A stretch of DNA of 29,250 nucleotides, taken from Saprolegnia diclina VS20. Taxonomy: Eukaryota. The stretch spans positions 81,781 to 111,030 of the forward strand of contig NW_008246154.1 of the NCBI RefSeq assembly GCF_000281045.1, written 5' to 3'. Shown piece after piece: positions 27,331-29,250 of this stretch; positions within the stretch are counted from its first letter, which is position 1; every line of letters begins with the position of its first letter. The position numbers and the translations under genes are program-made. The notes below the pieces were generated by a model. That model searched no databases and was not told where the DNA came from. It saw only the letters and a list, made by a program, of their open reading frames with translations.

Positions 27331-29250
27331 ATGAGCTCGTGGATCCCATCGTACGAAGCTACCGTGAACCTGCTCCGCAAGTCGATGGCTGACGTGGGCG
27401 AGGGCGACGTGGGCGAGAGCGATGCGCAGCAGGCGTGCGCTGGTGTGGAAATGCCTGGCGCCAAGCGTCCGACCCGCGACGACGTCCTCGCCGCCTTGCA
27501 CGCAGTCACCGACAACCCGCCGCTGTCGCACCAGCGCATTGGCGTCGCCATCAAGTGCATGAGCGACCACTTGTCGTTCGATCGCCTCAGCCGCGTCGAC
27601 ACGGCCTTGGTCGACGTCCTCGTGGCGACCGGTCGCTTTGATGTCGTGCTCGTCAACTTCAAGTAGTGTTGCAACTACGACGACGACGACGACCGAAACT
27701 CGAGCGCTAGCATCGAAGCGTGCTACTCGACCAACGTCTTGCGCGCGCTCTTTCACCCCGCGTGCGCAGTCCCGCCCATCGTCACCTCGCGCTTCCCGCA
27801 CGAAACGAGCGCCTTGTACACGTTTGTCGACGAGAATACCCCACTGTCTTGCGAGATCGTCTTTTGGCCCAAGCCCTTTCGCGCAAGCTTTCTCGCGCTC
27901 GACGCTGTGCTGTCGCTCACCCATGCGGCGGTGTGTCACGGTGACGGCGACACTCTCGGCCTCAGCCTCCATGGTCTGTGTTTCGGCGCCATCGGCGCTT
28001 TTGTGGAACAAGGGTCCGCTCGCAACATGGTCGGTATCCAGGACATTGTGGTCCAGAGCCATGACGTGTCTCTTGCTGAGCTTTTTTTGCGCGAAGCGAT
28101 GCCGGTATGGCGTGACTTTGACAGTGGCGTCCTGGCCACGTGCACCGCGGCCTGCTTGGTCGCATATGGCATCGCGGCGCTTCTGCCCTCAACGCAAATC
28201 CATTTCACGCTCTGGCTGCGCGCTCGTGGCCCGAGCGACTTGTGTCGACTGCTCACGAGTCTGGCGGGTCTCACGACCGGCGATGACGTTCTGTGCCCAC
28301 GCCTGCGTTCGCGGTTCCTATGGGAGCTCGTCAAGATGGGCTGGGACGTGCTGCGCACCCACTCGCCCTATTCTCAGCACATCGATTTGACGATGCAGCA
28401 CTAGGTCCTTCTGGATTGGTACCTCAAAGACGTGGCACCAGCGCTTGTGCACGGCAACTGGCTCGGCACGCGACTGCCGCCAGCGCTCCTTGGCGTCGTC
28501 GACTCTTTTCTCTTTGACCGCGGGCTTGACTGGGTAGGTGCTGGTGCAGCGCCGCGGCGCCTCCGGCGTCTATCGCACGGGCTTGCTCGCGCCGTCGCTC
28601 ACCAGCCAGAGCTATCTCGGCATCGGTATTTGGAGGTCCTCTCGACCACCATCGACGAGATCATCGCGTCACAACTGTATCCAAGCGTACTGCCATCGAT
28701 CGATATTTTCTACATCCTGAATGCGATGCGCTGCTTGGGAGTGGAGCATGGGGTTGTTGGACGCGTGCAAAGCGCTGGCGACTTTGCTGCCGGCCTCTTG
28801 CAATTTATCCTGCACCCGACGTCATCACGGGTGACATCGGGGATCCAATGCCTCGTCGCTGCCTTTATCAAGGCGATCGCACCAGCGTTCGAGTACACGA
28901 GCGCCGACAGATTTGGCGCGAGACGCACGCGACAGTACGTGTCGCCGAAGGGTGTCGTCGACGTCCTCGAGCTACTCATGCGCGTGGCGCCATGGGACGT
29001 GCCGTACTTCGCATCAATGTGGCTCGCAGCGGTGCCAAGGACGGTGTATGGCTGTCGCACCTACCTCTTTCCCGTGGTCCAACGACTCGACGCCCGGCGG
29101 CTCTACGATGGTGCGCTTGTCGCTCAACTGGCATGGCGCTGCCGGACATTGTTCCTTGAATTCGACGCGCTCGCGCCATTGCCTGGCTTCGGCACTGTGT
29201 TTGTTCTAGACACCATTCCTATCGACGTCAACCACTGCATCGAGTGCGAG
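27331..29250 (+). pseudogene. Paralog (copy E) of the 930-aa family with two in-frame TAG stops; runs off the window end
   Basis: One frame from IPSYEATVNLLRKS through PTRDDVLAAL, IVFWPKPFRA, H*VLLDWYL, GNWLGTRLPP to NHCIECE, with TAG at 27664-27666 and 28402-28404. Confidence 0.85.

Noticed and set aside
27664..28404. Programmed TAG readthrough or alternative genetic code
   Set aside because: TAG serves as a normal stop in intact genes here (e.g. 26695-26697, 7692-7694), and TGG>TAG is a simple transition.
1..29250. Autonomous transposon, tRNA or rRNA genes
   Set aside because: No transposase, RT, integrase or Rep/helicase motifs, and no recognisable structural RNA sequence was seen.

Overview
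Eukaryotic, GC-rich genomic DNA. The short (43-63 nt) GT-AG introns, mostly with GTACG donors, the TCATTYB-NNNWTTY core-promoter elements and the gene content point to an oomycete, most likely Saprolegniaceae (inference). Apparently intact genes: a BT1/FBT-family transporter, a taspase-1-like threonine aspartase (4 exons), a MATE transporter, a possible small secreted peptide, an Spt7/TAF8-like histone-fold protein (4 exons), a PKG/PKA-like AGC kinase (2 exons), a cyclophilin-glutaredoxin-glutaredoxin fusion (5 exons), an RNI-like LRR protein and a 930-aa protein with a degenerate 2OG-Fe(II)-oxygenase-like N-terminal domain. That last gene is the only intact member of a local family with four decayed copies or fragments in the window. 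All four copies with a 5' end carry twin CCAAT boxes exactly 32 bp apart, and one promoter contains a perfect 34-bp inverted repeat. The 4.9-7.65 kb stretch is a mosaic of gene debris: a diacylglycerol kinase pseudogene, a duplicated MCM7-like fragment embedded in a palindromic 11-mer minisatellite, and a family fragment. Also present are an inverted 3' MATE fragment, a perfect 52-bp tandem duplication and a (TCTA)n microsatellite flanking a 100-N gap. All family assignments are by motif recognition only; no searches were run.
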